Positions 19,060-27,887 of a DNA stretch of 64,000 nucleotides are shown in pieces. The DNA comes from Gammaproteobacteria bacterium. GTDB taxonomy: Bacteria; Pseudomonadota; Gammaproteobacteria; Eutrophobiales; Eutrophobiaceae. The stretch covers positions 960,001-1,024,000 of the forward strand of contig OZ220696.1 of the NCBI GenBank assembly GCA_965116495.1, read 5' to 3'. Position numbers and translations under genes: made by a program. Under the pieces are notes generated by a model. It had not been told where the DNA came from. It worked only from the letters and a program-made list of their open reading frames with translations, and did not search any database. Each line of letters opens with the position of its first letter. The first letter of the stretch is position 1.

Positions 19060-19374
19060 CTACCATTCCTCTTCTGGCTGCAACAATGCGTCTTCCGGTT
19101 CCCAGATATCTTCCGGATTCCAGGGACACCCTTGTATTCGCTCCCACTGCTGTTCCGCTTCCCATTGCGCCCGATGTTGTGCTTTCCATTCCTCCTCTTC
19201 CTGCTCCCACCGCTGTTCCGCTTCCCATTTCTCCTGCTCCCACTCCGCCCGCTCCTTTCGTTCCTGTTCCCACTCCCATTGCAGCCACTTTTCTTCTCGC
19301 ATCCACCGCTGCTCCCATTCCCATTGCTCCAGTCGCAGTTTCCACAATGCTTTGTTTTCGTTGTGAGATACCAT
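19060..19374 (-). CDS. Trp/Glu/Gln-rich low-complexity hypothetical protein
   Basis: Repeated WE(A/W)EQ(R/Q)W units; AAGGG RBS before the ATG. Confidence 0.4.
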   Translation of the reverse strand: MVSHNENKALWKLRLEQWEWEQRWMREEKWLQWEWEQERKERAEWEQEKWEAEQRWEQEEEEWKAQHRAQWEAEQQWERIQGCPWNPEDIWEPEDALLQPEEEW

Positions 19375-19452
19375 CGGATTTTTCCCTTAAGAGGAGATCA
19401 GAAAAACTCTATCATGAATTCCTACCATAGATGACTAATGATTGTAGGCGGT

Positions 19453-19590
19453 GTCCTGCTGCTGTTCGATATGCACAACGACCCGCAGGAGCGTTACAGC
19501 CTGGCGGGGCACAGGCCCGACAAGTGGCAGAAGTTACAGGCTTACATGAAGCGCGGGCAACGGGAACTTGAAGCGCCGGAACATCAATAG
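19453..19590 (+). pseudogene. Second, diverged copy of the sulfatase 3' end
   Basis: VLLLFDMHNDPQERYSLAGHRPDKWQKLQAYMKRGQRELEA, paralogous to 12991-13112. Confidence 0.8.
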
Positions 19591-19604
19591 ATGCCGGCCA
19601 GAGC

Positions 19605-19904
19605 CTACTTGTTTTCAGCTGTCCGCTTACGCTCCATAGCAGCTTGCAGACATTTTTCCCGCTCCGCCGGCCCTCGATGAACTTGACCTGGATTTGGCTT
19701 GTATCCCTTCAAATGAGTATAATAATCAAACTCGGGTTCTTTGGTAGCATTCGTCCGGCAACCATCCTTGTTCCGGGCAATACGTTCCATGGCAGCCTGC
19801 AAACGTTTTTCACGCTCAGCTTTTCCATGAATTTTGCGCGGGTCCAGATCGTGCTTGTCGAAATAAGCGTTATAATCAAATTCCGGATCTTCGGTAGTAC
19901 TCAT
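19605..19904 (-). CDS. Putative antitoxin downstream of BrnT, with internal tandem duplication
   Basis: Two copies of PEFDY......P...H...EREK.LQAAMER; overlaps the BrnT 3' end. Confidence 0.55.
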   Translation of the reverse strand: MSTTEDPEFDYNAYFDKHDLDPRKIHGKAEREKRLQAAMERIARNKDGCRTNATKEPEFDYYTHLKGYKPNPGQVHRGPAEREKCLQAAMERKRTAENK

Positions 19905-20160
19905 CAAGCGACCTCCCTGCTGCATCAAATGCAGTAATCAATCGATAAATCGGTAAATCTTCATCGGAATAGATAATGGCCAATATCCGGTCCCCGGCTG
20001 TTGCCCCTATCCACATCCACCGTCCGGCAGGCCCCTCTAGGTCGATATACCCACATCCATTCGGATCATCGAATGCAGATACAACCTCGTAAAACTGAAC
20101 CCTATGTTTTCGCTGAACTTCCCTGTACTTGTCAGTGTCCCATATAAATCCGATATCCAT
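19876..20160 (-). CDS. BrnT-family toxin
   Basis: F.WD..K......KH.V.F.E....F.DP ... R...IG ... RLITA. Confidence 0.8.
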   Translation of the reverse strand: MDIGFIWDTDKYREVQRKHRVQFYEVVSAFDDPNGCGYIDLEGPAGRWMWIGATAGDRILAIIYSDEDLPIYRLITAFDAAGRSLDEYYRRSGI

Positions 20161-20243
20161 GTGGCAACCTCCATGTTAAATATACTCGCGATTGTATCCG
20201 GATTTACCGGAATTGCAATAAGTAAGTCACCGCAGCCTGTCCC

Positions 20244-23200
20244 TTACATACTGCGCCGGTACTGGCCGCCGGTGGCGAAGAAGGCGTCGGTCAGTTGGCC
20301 CAGGGAACAATAGCGCACCGCATCCATGAGTTCCGCAAATACGTTCTCGTTGTTGATGACCGCGCTGCGGATACGCTGCAGGGCCGCGTCTGCCTCATCC
20401 CTGTTGTTTTCTTCGAACTCCCTCAGGCGCCGTAGCTGGCTCTGCTTTTCCTCCTCCGTGGAGCGGCTCAGCAGTGTGCCGGAATTCTCTTCCTCAGCAG
20501 GGTTGAGGAAAGTGTTGACCCCGACAACGGGGTAACTGCCGTCATGTTTCCTGTGCTCGTAATAAAGTGATTCGTCCTGGATCCTGCCGCGCTGGTAACC
20601 GGTTTCCATGGCGCCGAGCACCCCGCCGCGCTCGGAGATGCGTTCAAACTCCTGTAGTACAGCCTCTTCCACCAGGTCGGTCAGTTCCTCGATGATAAAG
20701 GACCCCTGGCCGGGATTCTCGTTCGTGGCCAGGCCCCATTCCTTGTTGATGATCAGCTGGATCGCCAGGGCGCGCCGCACTGATTCCTCCGTAGGCGTGG
20801 TAACTGCCTCGTCGAAGGCATTGGTGTGCAGGCTGTTGCAGTTGTCATATACGGCTATCAAGGCCTGCAAGGTGGTGCGGATATCATTGAATGCCATTTC
20901 CCGGGCATGCAGGGAGCGCCCGGAGGTCTGGATATGGTATTTCAGCTTCTGGCTGCGTTCAGCGGCGCCGTATCTGTCGCGCATGGCAACCGCCCAGATG
21001 CGTCGCGCCACCCTGCCCAGTACCGTGTACTCGGGGTCCATGCCATTGGAAAAGAAGAACGACAGGTTGGGGGCAAAATCATCGACGTGCATGCCCCGGG
21101 CCAGGTAGGCTTCGACGAAGGTAAAACCGTTCGCCAGGGTGAACGCCAGTTGTGAGATGGGGTTGGCCCCGGCTTCGGCAATGTGGTAGCCGGATATGGA
21201 GACCGAATAAAAATTGCGGATATTGTTATCGATGAAGTACTGCTGTATGTCCCCCATCATGCGCAGGCTGAAATCCGTGGAGAAAATACAGGTATTCTGG
21301 CCCTGGTCTTCTTTCAGGATATCGGCCTGCACGGTGCCGCGTACGTTTTCCAGGGTGTCCGACCTGATCCCGACAGCTTCTTCGGCATCCGGATCCCGTT
21401 TATGTTCCTCCCTGAATCGTTCCACCTGCTGGTCGATCGCGGTATTCAGGAAAAACGCCAGGATCGCCGGCGCCGGGCCGTTTATGGTCATGGAGACGGA
21501 TGTATCGGGGTCGCACAGGTCGAAACCGTCGTACAAGGCTTTCATATCGTCCAGGGTGGCGATGGAAACACCGGAATTGCCGACCTTGCCGTAGATATCC
21601 GGCCGCTCGTCAGGGTTAAAGCCGTACAGGGTGACCGAATCGAACGCCGTGGACAGGCGTTTGGCGCTTGAGTGTTCCGACAGTTTTTTGAAGCGCCGGT
21701 TGGTCTTGAACGGGTCGCCTTCCCCGGCAAACATGCGGGTCGGGTCCTCATTTTCCCGCTTGAACGGGAATACGCCCGCGGTATAGGGGAAATAACCCGG
21801 CAGGTTTTCCCGCATCAGCCAGCTTAGCAGTTCACCATGGTCGGAATAACGCGGCAGCATGACCCTGGGAACCTCCGTGCCTGACAGTGTCGTGAACGTG
21901 GTTTTTGTCCTGATCTCCCGGTCCCGTACCTGCATGACGAATTCATCACCCTGGTATTGCTGCTTCAGCGCCGGCCAGCGCGCCAGCAATTCCCTGCTGT
22001 ACGGGTCCAGAATGCCCTCTTTTTGCTCCGCCAGTTGCGCCAGTGCAGCGCCCGTCTCCTGGCCAATCCCGTTACCGGCAGCCTGCAGCATGGCCATACT
22101 GGCCTGTAACTGCTGGCGCTCCCGCGCCGCGCCTGCCTGGTCCGTCGCATGCCGGTGGTACTCCCTGACTGCAGCCGCTATTTCTCCCAGGTAACGCGTC
22201 CGCTGCGGCGGAACGATTACGGAGCGTTCCCCGGACGTTTTCTCCCTGACAACGGGCAGTACGCTTTCATAGTCAGGCAGGCCTTTTGCTTTCAGGACCG
22301 GCAACAGACCTTGGTAAAGCGCAGTAACGCCCGAATCGTTGTATTTCGCGGCGATTGTGCCGTAAACCGGCATATCGTCCGGGGATTCGGTAAACTGCCG
22401 GCGGTTGCGTTGCAGTTGTTTTGCCACATCCCGCCTGGCATCTTCCGCACCCTTGCGCTCAAACTTGTTGATGGCGACGGCCTCGGCAAAATCCAGCATG
22501 TCGATTTTTTCCAGTTGGCTGGCGGCGCCGAATTCCGGCGTCATCACGTACAGGGGAACGTCCACCAGGGGCACAATCCCGGCATCACCCTGGCCGATAC
22601 CCGGTGTTTCGACAATGATCAAGTCAAACCCCGACACTTTCACCGCATTCAGAACATCAGGCATATATTCCGGGATTTCCGTCGCCGCGGAACGCGTGGC
22701 AAGGGAACGCATAAAAACGGAATCGTGGTAGATCGCATTCATCCGGATCCGGTCGCCAAGCAGAGCGCCACCCGTTTTCCTGCGGGTAGGATCTATCGCG
22801 ATAATGCCGATTTTCAGACTGTCCCTGCTGTCCAGGCGCATGCGCAGAATGATTTCATCAGTAAGGGAGGACTTGCCCGCCCCACCGGTGCCGGTAATAC
22901 CCAGTACAGGCGTTGCCGCGCCCCGGTCAAGCGCCCGCTCTGTCAAATCAGCCGTGATTTCCGGGGTCAACACACCATTCTCTATATCGCTGATTATCCT
23001 GGATAAAACAATTCTATCGCCGAATTGCAGCTGATCTACTGTACATTCTGATGTACAGTTAAGATTGACGCGGCAGGTCTCGAGCATGTCATCGATCATT
23101 CCCTGCAATCCCAGGTCATGTCCGTCCTCCGGAGAATAGATCCTGGCTACTCCATAGTCATGCAACTCCCTTATTTCATCAGGGGTGATGACACCGCCTC

Positions 23201-23528
23201 CGCCGCCGAACACGCGGATATGTCCGGCGCCATGGTCACGGAGCATGTCTATCATGTATTTGAAATATTCCAAATGCCCTCCCTGGTATGAACTGAGGGC
23301 AATTCCCTGCACGTCTTCCTGCAGCGCCGTGGTGATTATCTCGTGCACCGAACGGTTATGACCCAGGTGTACCACCTCCGCGCCGGATTGTTGCAGGATG
23401 CGCCGGATAATGTTGATCGCGGCATCATGGCCGTCGAACAGGCTGGCTGCCGTGACAAAACGTGTTACCGACCCGGTACGCTTGGTTTCTGTTGACATAT
23501 CTCCCAGTTTTATTTGTCCCAGATCCAT
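20244..23528 (-). CDS. icmF: Fused isobutyryl-CoA mutase/GTPase
   Basis: N-terminal B12 domain FDGHDA, GTPase GTGGAGKSS/NKFE, mutase barrel RMFAGEG, TVQADILKEDQGQN; 1094 aa. Confidence 0.95.
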   Translation of the reverse strand: MDLGQIKLGDMSTETKRTGSVTRFVTAASLFDGHDAAINIIRRILQQSGAEVVHLGHNRSVHEIITTALQEDVQGIALSSYQGGHLEYFKYMIDMLRDHGAGHIRVFGGGGGVITPDEIRELHDYGVARIYSPEDGHDLGLQGMIDDMLETCRVNLNCTSECTVDQLQFGDRIVLSRIISDIENGVLTPEITADLTERALDRGAATPVLGITGTGGAGKSSLTDEIILRMRLDSRDSLKIGIIAIDPTRRKTGGALLGDRIRMNAIYHDSVFMRSLATRSAATEIPEYMPDVLNAVKVSGFDLIIVETPGIGQGDAGIVPLVDVPLYVMTPEFGAASQLEKIDMLDFAEAVAINKFERKGAEDARRDVAKQLQRNRRQFTESPDDMPVYGTIAAKYNDSGVTALYQGLLPVLKAKGLPDYESVLPVVREKTSGERSVIVPPQRTRYLGEIAAAVREYHRHATDQAGAARERQQLQASMAMLQAAGNGIGQETGAALAQLAEQKEGILDPYSRELLARWPALKQQYQGDEFVMQVRDREIRTKTTFTTLSGTEVPRVMLPRYSDHGELLSWLMRENLPGYFPYTAGVFPFKRENEDPTRMFAGEGDPFKTNRRFKKLSEHSSAKRLSTAFDSVTLYGFNPDERPDIYGKVGNSGVSIATLDDMKALYDGFDLCDPDTSVSMTINGPAPAILAFFLNTAIDQQVERFREEHKRDPDAEEAVGIRSDTLENVRGTVQADILKEDQGQNTCIFSTDFSLRMMGDIQQYFIDNNIRNFYSVSISGYHIAEAGANPISQLAFTLANGFTFVEAYLARGMHVDDFAPNLSFFFSNGMDPEYTVLGRVARRIWAVAMRDRYGAAERSQKLKYHIQTSGRSLHAREMAFNDIRTTLQALIAVYDNCNSLHTNAFDEAVTTPTEESVRRALAIQLIINKEWGLATNENPGQGSFIIEELTDLVEEAVLQEFERISERGGVLGAMETGYQRGRIQDESLYYEHRKHDGSYPVVGVNTFLNPAEEENSGTLLSRSTEEEKQSQLRRLREFEENNRDEADAALQRIRSAVINNENVFAELMDAVRYCSLGQLTDAFFATGGQYRRSM

Positions 23529-23539
23529 AAATATATTAT

Positions 23540-23563
23540 ATTGACGTTTACGTAAACGTCAAT
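23540..23563. promoter_or_regulatory. LiuR-type operator between divergent icmF and liuR
   Basis: Perfect 24-bp palindrome ATTGACGTTTACGTAAACGTCAAT with ACGT repeats typical of LiuR boxes. Confidence 0.85.
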
Positions 23564-23598
23564 TAAAACTTTTATCGACGCACCGATCTCGGGAAATT

Positions 23599-24024
23599 AT
23601 GGCAATACAAGGCATAAAGAAAGATATTTCAACAGGTTATAGAAGAAAGCTATATACCATATCAGAATTGTCAAAGGAATTTGACGTCACAACCCGCGCC
23701 ATCAGGTTCTATGAAGATGCCGGTCTGCTGTCTCCGCTAAGAGAAGGACGTAGCCGCCTGTATTCGGTCCGTGACCGCACCCGTCTGAAGTTGATCCTGC
23801 GGGGAAAACGGCTGGGGTTCTCCCTGAACGAGATCGGAGAGATGTTCCTGCTGTACGATTCCGAACCGGGTGAGGAAGCCCAGTTAAACCACATACTGGA
23901 AAAAATCAGTGAAAAGATCGACCTCCTGGAAAGGCAACTGGAGGACATACAGATCGTCATGCAGGAATTACAGGAATTCAAGTCACAATGCCGGGAACGG
24001 CTTGAGCAAATGATCAGCAAATGA
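23599..24024 (+). CDS. liuR: MerR-family regulator LiuR
   Basis: YTISELSKEFDVTTRAIRFYED.GLL.P...RDRTRLKLILRGKRLGFSL; context with icmF. Confidence 0.85.
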   Translation: MAIQGIKKDISTGYRRKLYTISELSKEFDVTTRAIRFYEDAGLLSPLREGRSRLYSVRDRTRLKLILRGKRLGFSLNEIGEMFLLYDSEPGEEAQLNHILEKISEKIDLLERQLEDIQIVMQELQEFKSQCRERLEQMISK

Positions 24025-24057
24025 CAGTATAATCAGGCCGGGGGTATTTACTTCAGA

Positions 24058-25695
24058 ATGAGAGATAACGACTACAACATGCAGGACTACCAGGAAACGT
24101 ATTCCTCGTTTCAATGGGACCGTCCTGAAAAATACAATTTTGCCCGTGACGTAATTGACCGCTGGGACCCGTCCAAGGCAGCCCTGTTCTGGGTCGACGA
24201 CGCGGGTACCGAGACCGGCAAAACCTTTGGTGAGATCAGCGAGGCGTCAAAACGGTTATGCAACGTGCTGACCGCTGCAGGGGTCAGCAAAGGTGATACG
24301 GTCATCGTGATGCTGCCCAGGGTGATCCCCTGGTGGGAGACATTTACCGCCACGCTGCGCATGGGCGCGGTGATATCACCGGGAACCGTGCAGCTTTCCG
24401 AAAAAGACCTGGAATACCGCATCAACGCGGCAGCGGCCACCTGCGTCATTACGGACAGCGCCAATGCGGCCAAGGTGGATGCAGTGCTCGGCAAGTGCCC
24501 TACCCTGGCGGCGCGCATTGTCACGGACGGACAGCGGGCCGGCTGGATCGATTACCGCCAGGCCGTGGCGGCGGCTACGCCCGATTATGAGGCTGCAGAC
24601 ACAGGCGCTGACGACGAGGCCATCTGCTACTTCACCTCGGGCACGACGGGTTACCCCAAGATGTGCATCCACACCCACGACTACGCGCTAGGCCACCGCA
24701 TTACCGGCGAGTTGTGGCTGGACCTGAAACCCGGGGACCTGCACTGGAACGTCAGCGATACCGGTTGGGGTAAGGCCGCCTATAGCAGTTATTTCGGCCC
24801 ATGGCTGTGCGGGACCACGTTGTTCATCCATCATACCTCCGGTTTCAACCCGCAACAGACCCTGGAACTCCTGGCAAAATACCCGGTTACCACTTTTTGC
24901 GGTGCGCCGACCATCTACCGCATGCTGGTGCTGGAGGATCTCAGCCGTTACCGGTTCAAGACGCTGAGACACTGCACCGGGGCGGGCGAACCGCTCAACC
25001 CCGAGATTATCGATACCTGGAAAAAAGCAACCGGTCTGACCATCCGGGACGGCTTCGGACAGACCGAAACCGTGATCCTGTGCGCCAGTTTCCCCTGTAT
25101 CGAACCCAGGGCCGGATCCATGGGTAAACCGGCGCCGGGCATCGACCTGCAGGTCATCGACGATGAAGGAAACATCGCAGGGCCGGATGCGGAAGGGGAT
25201 ATTGCCGTGCGCATCAGGCCGCAACCACCCCAGGGATTTTTCCGCGAGTATCGCAACGACCCCGAACGTACGGCCGCCACCCGCCGGGGCGACTGGTACG
25301 TCACCGGCGACCGCGCCTACCGGGATGAAGACGGCTATTTCTGGTTCGTCAGCCGCGCCGATGACGTAATCCTGTCGGCGGGCTACCGGATCGGGCCCTT
25401 TGAGGTGGAAAGCGCCCTGATTGAACATCCGGCCGTCGCAGAGTCGGCAGTGGTCTCCAGCCCGGATGAAACCCGCGGCGAGGTGGTCAAGGCGTTTGTG
25501 GTGCTGGCCCCCGGATATGCCGCGTCCGATGACCTGAAACGGGAACTCCAGGACCATGTGAAACGGGTAACGGCGCCCTACAAGTACCCGCGCAGGATAG
25601 ATTTCATCGATGCCTTGCCCAAGACCGTCAGCGGCAAAATCCGCCGGGTGGAGTTGCGCGCGGGGGAGCGGCAAAATAAAGACCCGGATGCATGA
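24058..25695 (+). CDS. Medium/short-chain acyl-CoA synthetase (ACSM-like)
   Basis: YFTSGTTGYPK, DGFGQTET, GYRIGPFEVESAL, TAPYKYPR, LPKTVSGKI. Confidence 0.92.
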   Translation: MRDNDYNMQDYQETYSSFQWDRPEKYNFARDVIDRWDPSKAALFWVDDAGTETGKTFGEISEASKRLCNVLTAAGVSKGDTVIVMLPRVIPWWETFTATLRMGAVISPGTVQLSEKDLEYRINAAAATCVITDSANAAKVDAVLGKCPTLAARIVTDGQRAGWIDYRQAVAAATPDYEAADTGADDEAICYFTSGTTGYPKMCIHTHDYALGHRITGELWLDLKPGDLHWNVSDTGWGKAAYSSYFGPWLCGTTLFIHHTSGFNPQQTLELLAKYPVTTFCGAPTIYRMLVLEDLSRYRFKTLRHCTGAGEPLNPEIIDTWKKATGLTIRDGFGQTETVILCASFPCIEPRAGSMGKPAPGIDLQVIDDEGNIAGPDAEGDIAVRIRPQPPQGFFREYRNDPERTAATRRGDWYVTGDRAYRDEDGYFWFVSRADDVILSAGYRIGPFEVESALIEHPAVAESAVVSSPDETRGEVVKAFVVLAPGYAASDDLKRELQDHVKRVTAPYKYPRRIDFIDALPKTVSGKIRRVELRAGERQNKDPDA

Positions 25696-26162
25696 CGAAC
25701 ATTAGCACACGAGAGGCAACCCGCGCAGACATAAAACATATCGCTGAGTTCCAGCGTGCGATGGCGCTGGAGACCGAAAGCAGAACGCTGGATGCAGCGA
25801 TGCTGAAACAGGGTGTATCCGCCGTGTTCGATGCGCCGCATAAGGGCTGCTACATCGTGGCGGACGTGAATGCTGATGAAGAAAGCGCCGCACGGGTCGC
25901 GGGAAGCCTGCTGATCACCTATGAGTGGAGCGATTGGAATAACGCAACTTATTACTGGATTCAAAGTGTGTATGTAGATAGCGCCTGGCGCGGTAAAGGC
26001 GTCTATCGGGCTTTATTCGAGCATGTGCTATCCATCGCAACGACGCGCGGCGACAGCTGCGGCCTACGTCTCTATGTGGAGCGCACCAACACCATTGCGC
26101 AACGGGCTTACACCAGCCTCGGCATGCACAAATCCCCCTACGACCTGTACGAAAAGCGCTGA
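25692..26162 (+). CDS. GNAT N-acetyltransferase
   Basis: TYEWSDW, WIQSVYV...RGKGV, LRLYVE..N..AQ..Y..LGM. Confidence 0.88.
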   Translation: MTNISTREATRADIKHIAEFQRAMALETESRTLDAAMLKQGVSAVFDAPHKGCYIVADVNADEESAARVAGSLLITYEWSDWNNATYYWIQSVYVDSAWRGKGVYRALFEHVLSIATTRGDSCGLRLYVERTNTIAQRAYTSLGMHKSPYDLYEKR

Positions 26163-26255
26163 GCAAACTATCCGTACAGTTTGAAACCTTTTACGCCCGG
26201 TATGGACGAGTCGCGTTAGGCGGCTCGATTTAATTTGTTATACTGGTTCAAGCCC

Positions 26256-27743
26256 ATGCAAACACTGCCTGTCGATAATGCCGCCCTGGAAAACAGGGAG
26301 GCCTTGATCACAGAACTCAGGACAATTCTCCCCGATGAGTGCGTGATTGTCGATGAGGGGGCTTTGCGCGTCTACGAGACCGATGCCCTGACCGCGTACC
26401 GGCAGGTGCCCATGCTGGTCGTATTACCGGAAACGACGGCCCAGGTCGCTGCCGTATTGAAGCTGTGCAGCCGCATGAATATCAAGGTCGTACCCAGGGG
26501 CGCAGGCACATCCCTGTCCGGCGGCGCCCTGCCCCTGGCCGACGGGATCGTACTGGGGCTGGGTAAATTCAACAGGATACTCGAGGTGGATTTCGCCAAC
26601 CGTTGCGTGGTCGCGCAATCAGGCGTGACCAACCTGGCGATCACCGAGGCGGTGAAACACAAGGGCTTCTATTACGCCCCCGATCCCTCCAGCCAGATCG
26701 TCTGCACCATCGGCGGTAACGTCAGTGAAAACTCGGGCGGCGTGCATTGCCTCAAGTACGGCCTGACCACGAACAACGTCATGGGGATTGAAATGGTGAC
26801 CATGGAAGGAGAGATACTGCGCCTGGGCGGAAAGTATCTCGACCCCGCCGGGTACGACATGCTGGGCATAGTGACCGGTTCGGAAGGATTGCTGGGGGTC
26901 ATCACGGAGGTAACGGTAAGGATCCTGCAGGAACCGCAGACGGCGAAGGCCATGCTGCTCGGGTTTCCCGACAATGAAAGCGCGGGTGAGTGTGTAGCCG
27001 GGATAATCAGCGCGGGCATTATCCCCGCCGGTATAGAGATGATGGACGAATTTGCCATCAAGGCGGCAGAGGATTTTGTCCATGCAGGTTATCCCGTCGA
27101 CTGCCCTGCCCTGGTGCTCACGGAACTGGACGGGCCTGAAGGAGAAGTGACCGAACTGATCGAACAGGTCCGCAGAATTGCCGAAAGTTGCCGGGCAAGC
27201 TTTATCAGGGTCAGCGAATCAGAGGAAGAACGCGTGCGCATCTGGGCCGGAAGAAAAGCGGCCTTTCCGGCGCTGGGGGATATTTCTCCTGATTACTACT
27301 GTATGGACGGCACCATCCCGCGCCGGGAACTCTCCCACGTACTGACCCGGATCAGGGAAATGTCGGACAAGTACGGATTGAAGGTAGCGAACGTATTTCA
27401 TGCCGGCGACGGCAACCTGCACCCGCTGATCCTGTTTGATGCGAACGATCCGGAGGAACTGGAAAAAGCCGAACAGTTCGGTGCGGATATCCTGCGCCTG
27501 TGCGTGGACGTCGGTGGCGTCCTGTCCGGTGAACACGGTATCGGCTTTGAGAAAAAAGAACTCATGCCCGCGATGTTCAATGAACAGGACCTGCAGCAGC
27601 AACAGCGCATCAAGTGCGTCTTTGACCCGGAAGGCCAATTGAACCCGGGCAAGGTATTCCCGGTCCTGCACCGCTGCGCGGAACTGGGCAAACTGCACGT
27701 GCACAAAGGCAAAGTCCCCTTCCCCGACATACCCAGGTTTTAA
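26256..27743 (+). CDS. glcD: Glycolate oxidase subunit GlcD
   Basis: PRGAGTSLSGGA, YAPDPSSQ, GGVHCLKYG, NVFHAGDGNLHPLI, GEHGIG. Confidence 0.93.
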   Translation: MQTLPVDNAALENREALITELRTILPDECVIVDEGALRVYETDALTAYRQVPMLVVLPETTAQVAAVLKLCSRMNIKVVPRGAGTSLSGGALPLADGIVLGLGKFNRILEVDFANRCVVAQSGVTNLAITEAVKHKGFYYAPDPSSQIVCTIGGNVSENSGGVHCLKYGLTTNNVMGIEMVTMEGEILRLGGKYLDPAGYDMLGIVTGSEGLLGVITEVTVRILQEPQTAKAMLLGFPDNESAGECVAGIISAGIIPAGIEMMDEFAIKAAEDFVHAGYPVDCPALVLTELDGPEGEVTELIEQVRRIAESCRASFIRVSESEEERVRIWAGRKAAFPALGDISPDYYCMDGTIPRRELSHVLTRIREMSDKYGLKVANVFHAGDGNLHPLILFDANDPEELEKAEQFGADILRLCVDVGGVLSGEHGIGFEKKELMPAMFNEQDLQQQQRIKCVFDPEGQLNPGKVFPVLHRCAELGKLHVHKGKVPFPDIPRF

Positions 27744-27886
27744 TTATCCGCAGATGACGCAGATTAACGCAGATTATTTTTTATTTGTTGATTCGGTGTT
27801 AAAACAGATCATCGTGCTTTCAGAAAAAAACAATATAAATAAGAAACATCATTTCATCTGCGTTAATCTGCGTCATCTGCGGATAA
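27744..27886. repeat. Palindromic intergenic element with 31-bp perfect inverted arms built from CGCAGAT units
   Basis: TTATCCGCAGATGACGCAGATTAACGCAGAT (27744-27774) and its exact reverse complement (27856-27886) around an AT-rich core. Confidence 0.85.
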
Positions 27887-27887
27887 C

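Noticed and set aside
19016-19430. Gly-rich (-) and Pro-rich (+) ORFs overlapping the Trp/Glu ORF
   Set aside because: Alternative frames of the same repeat; the 19060-19374 frame has the more plausible ATG and RBS, although none is proven
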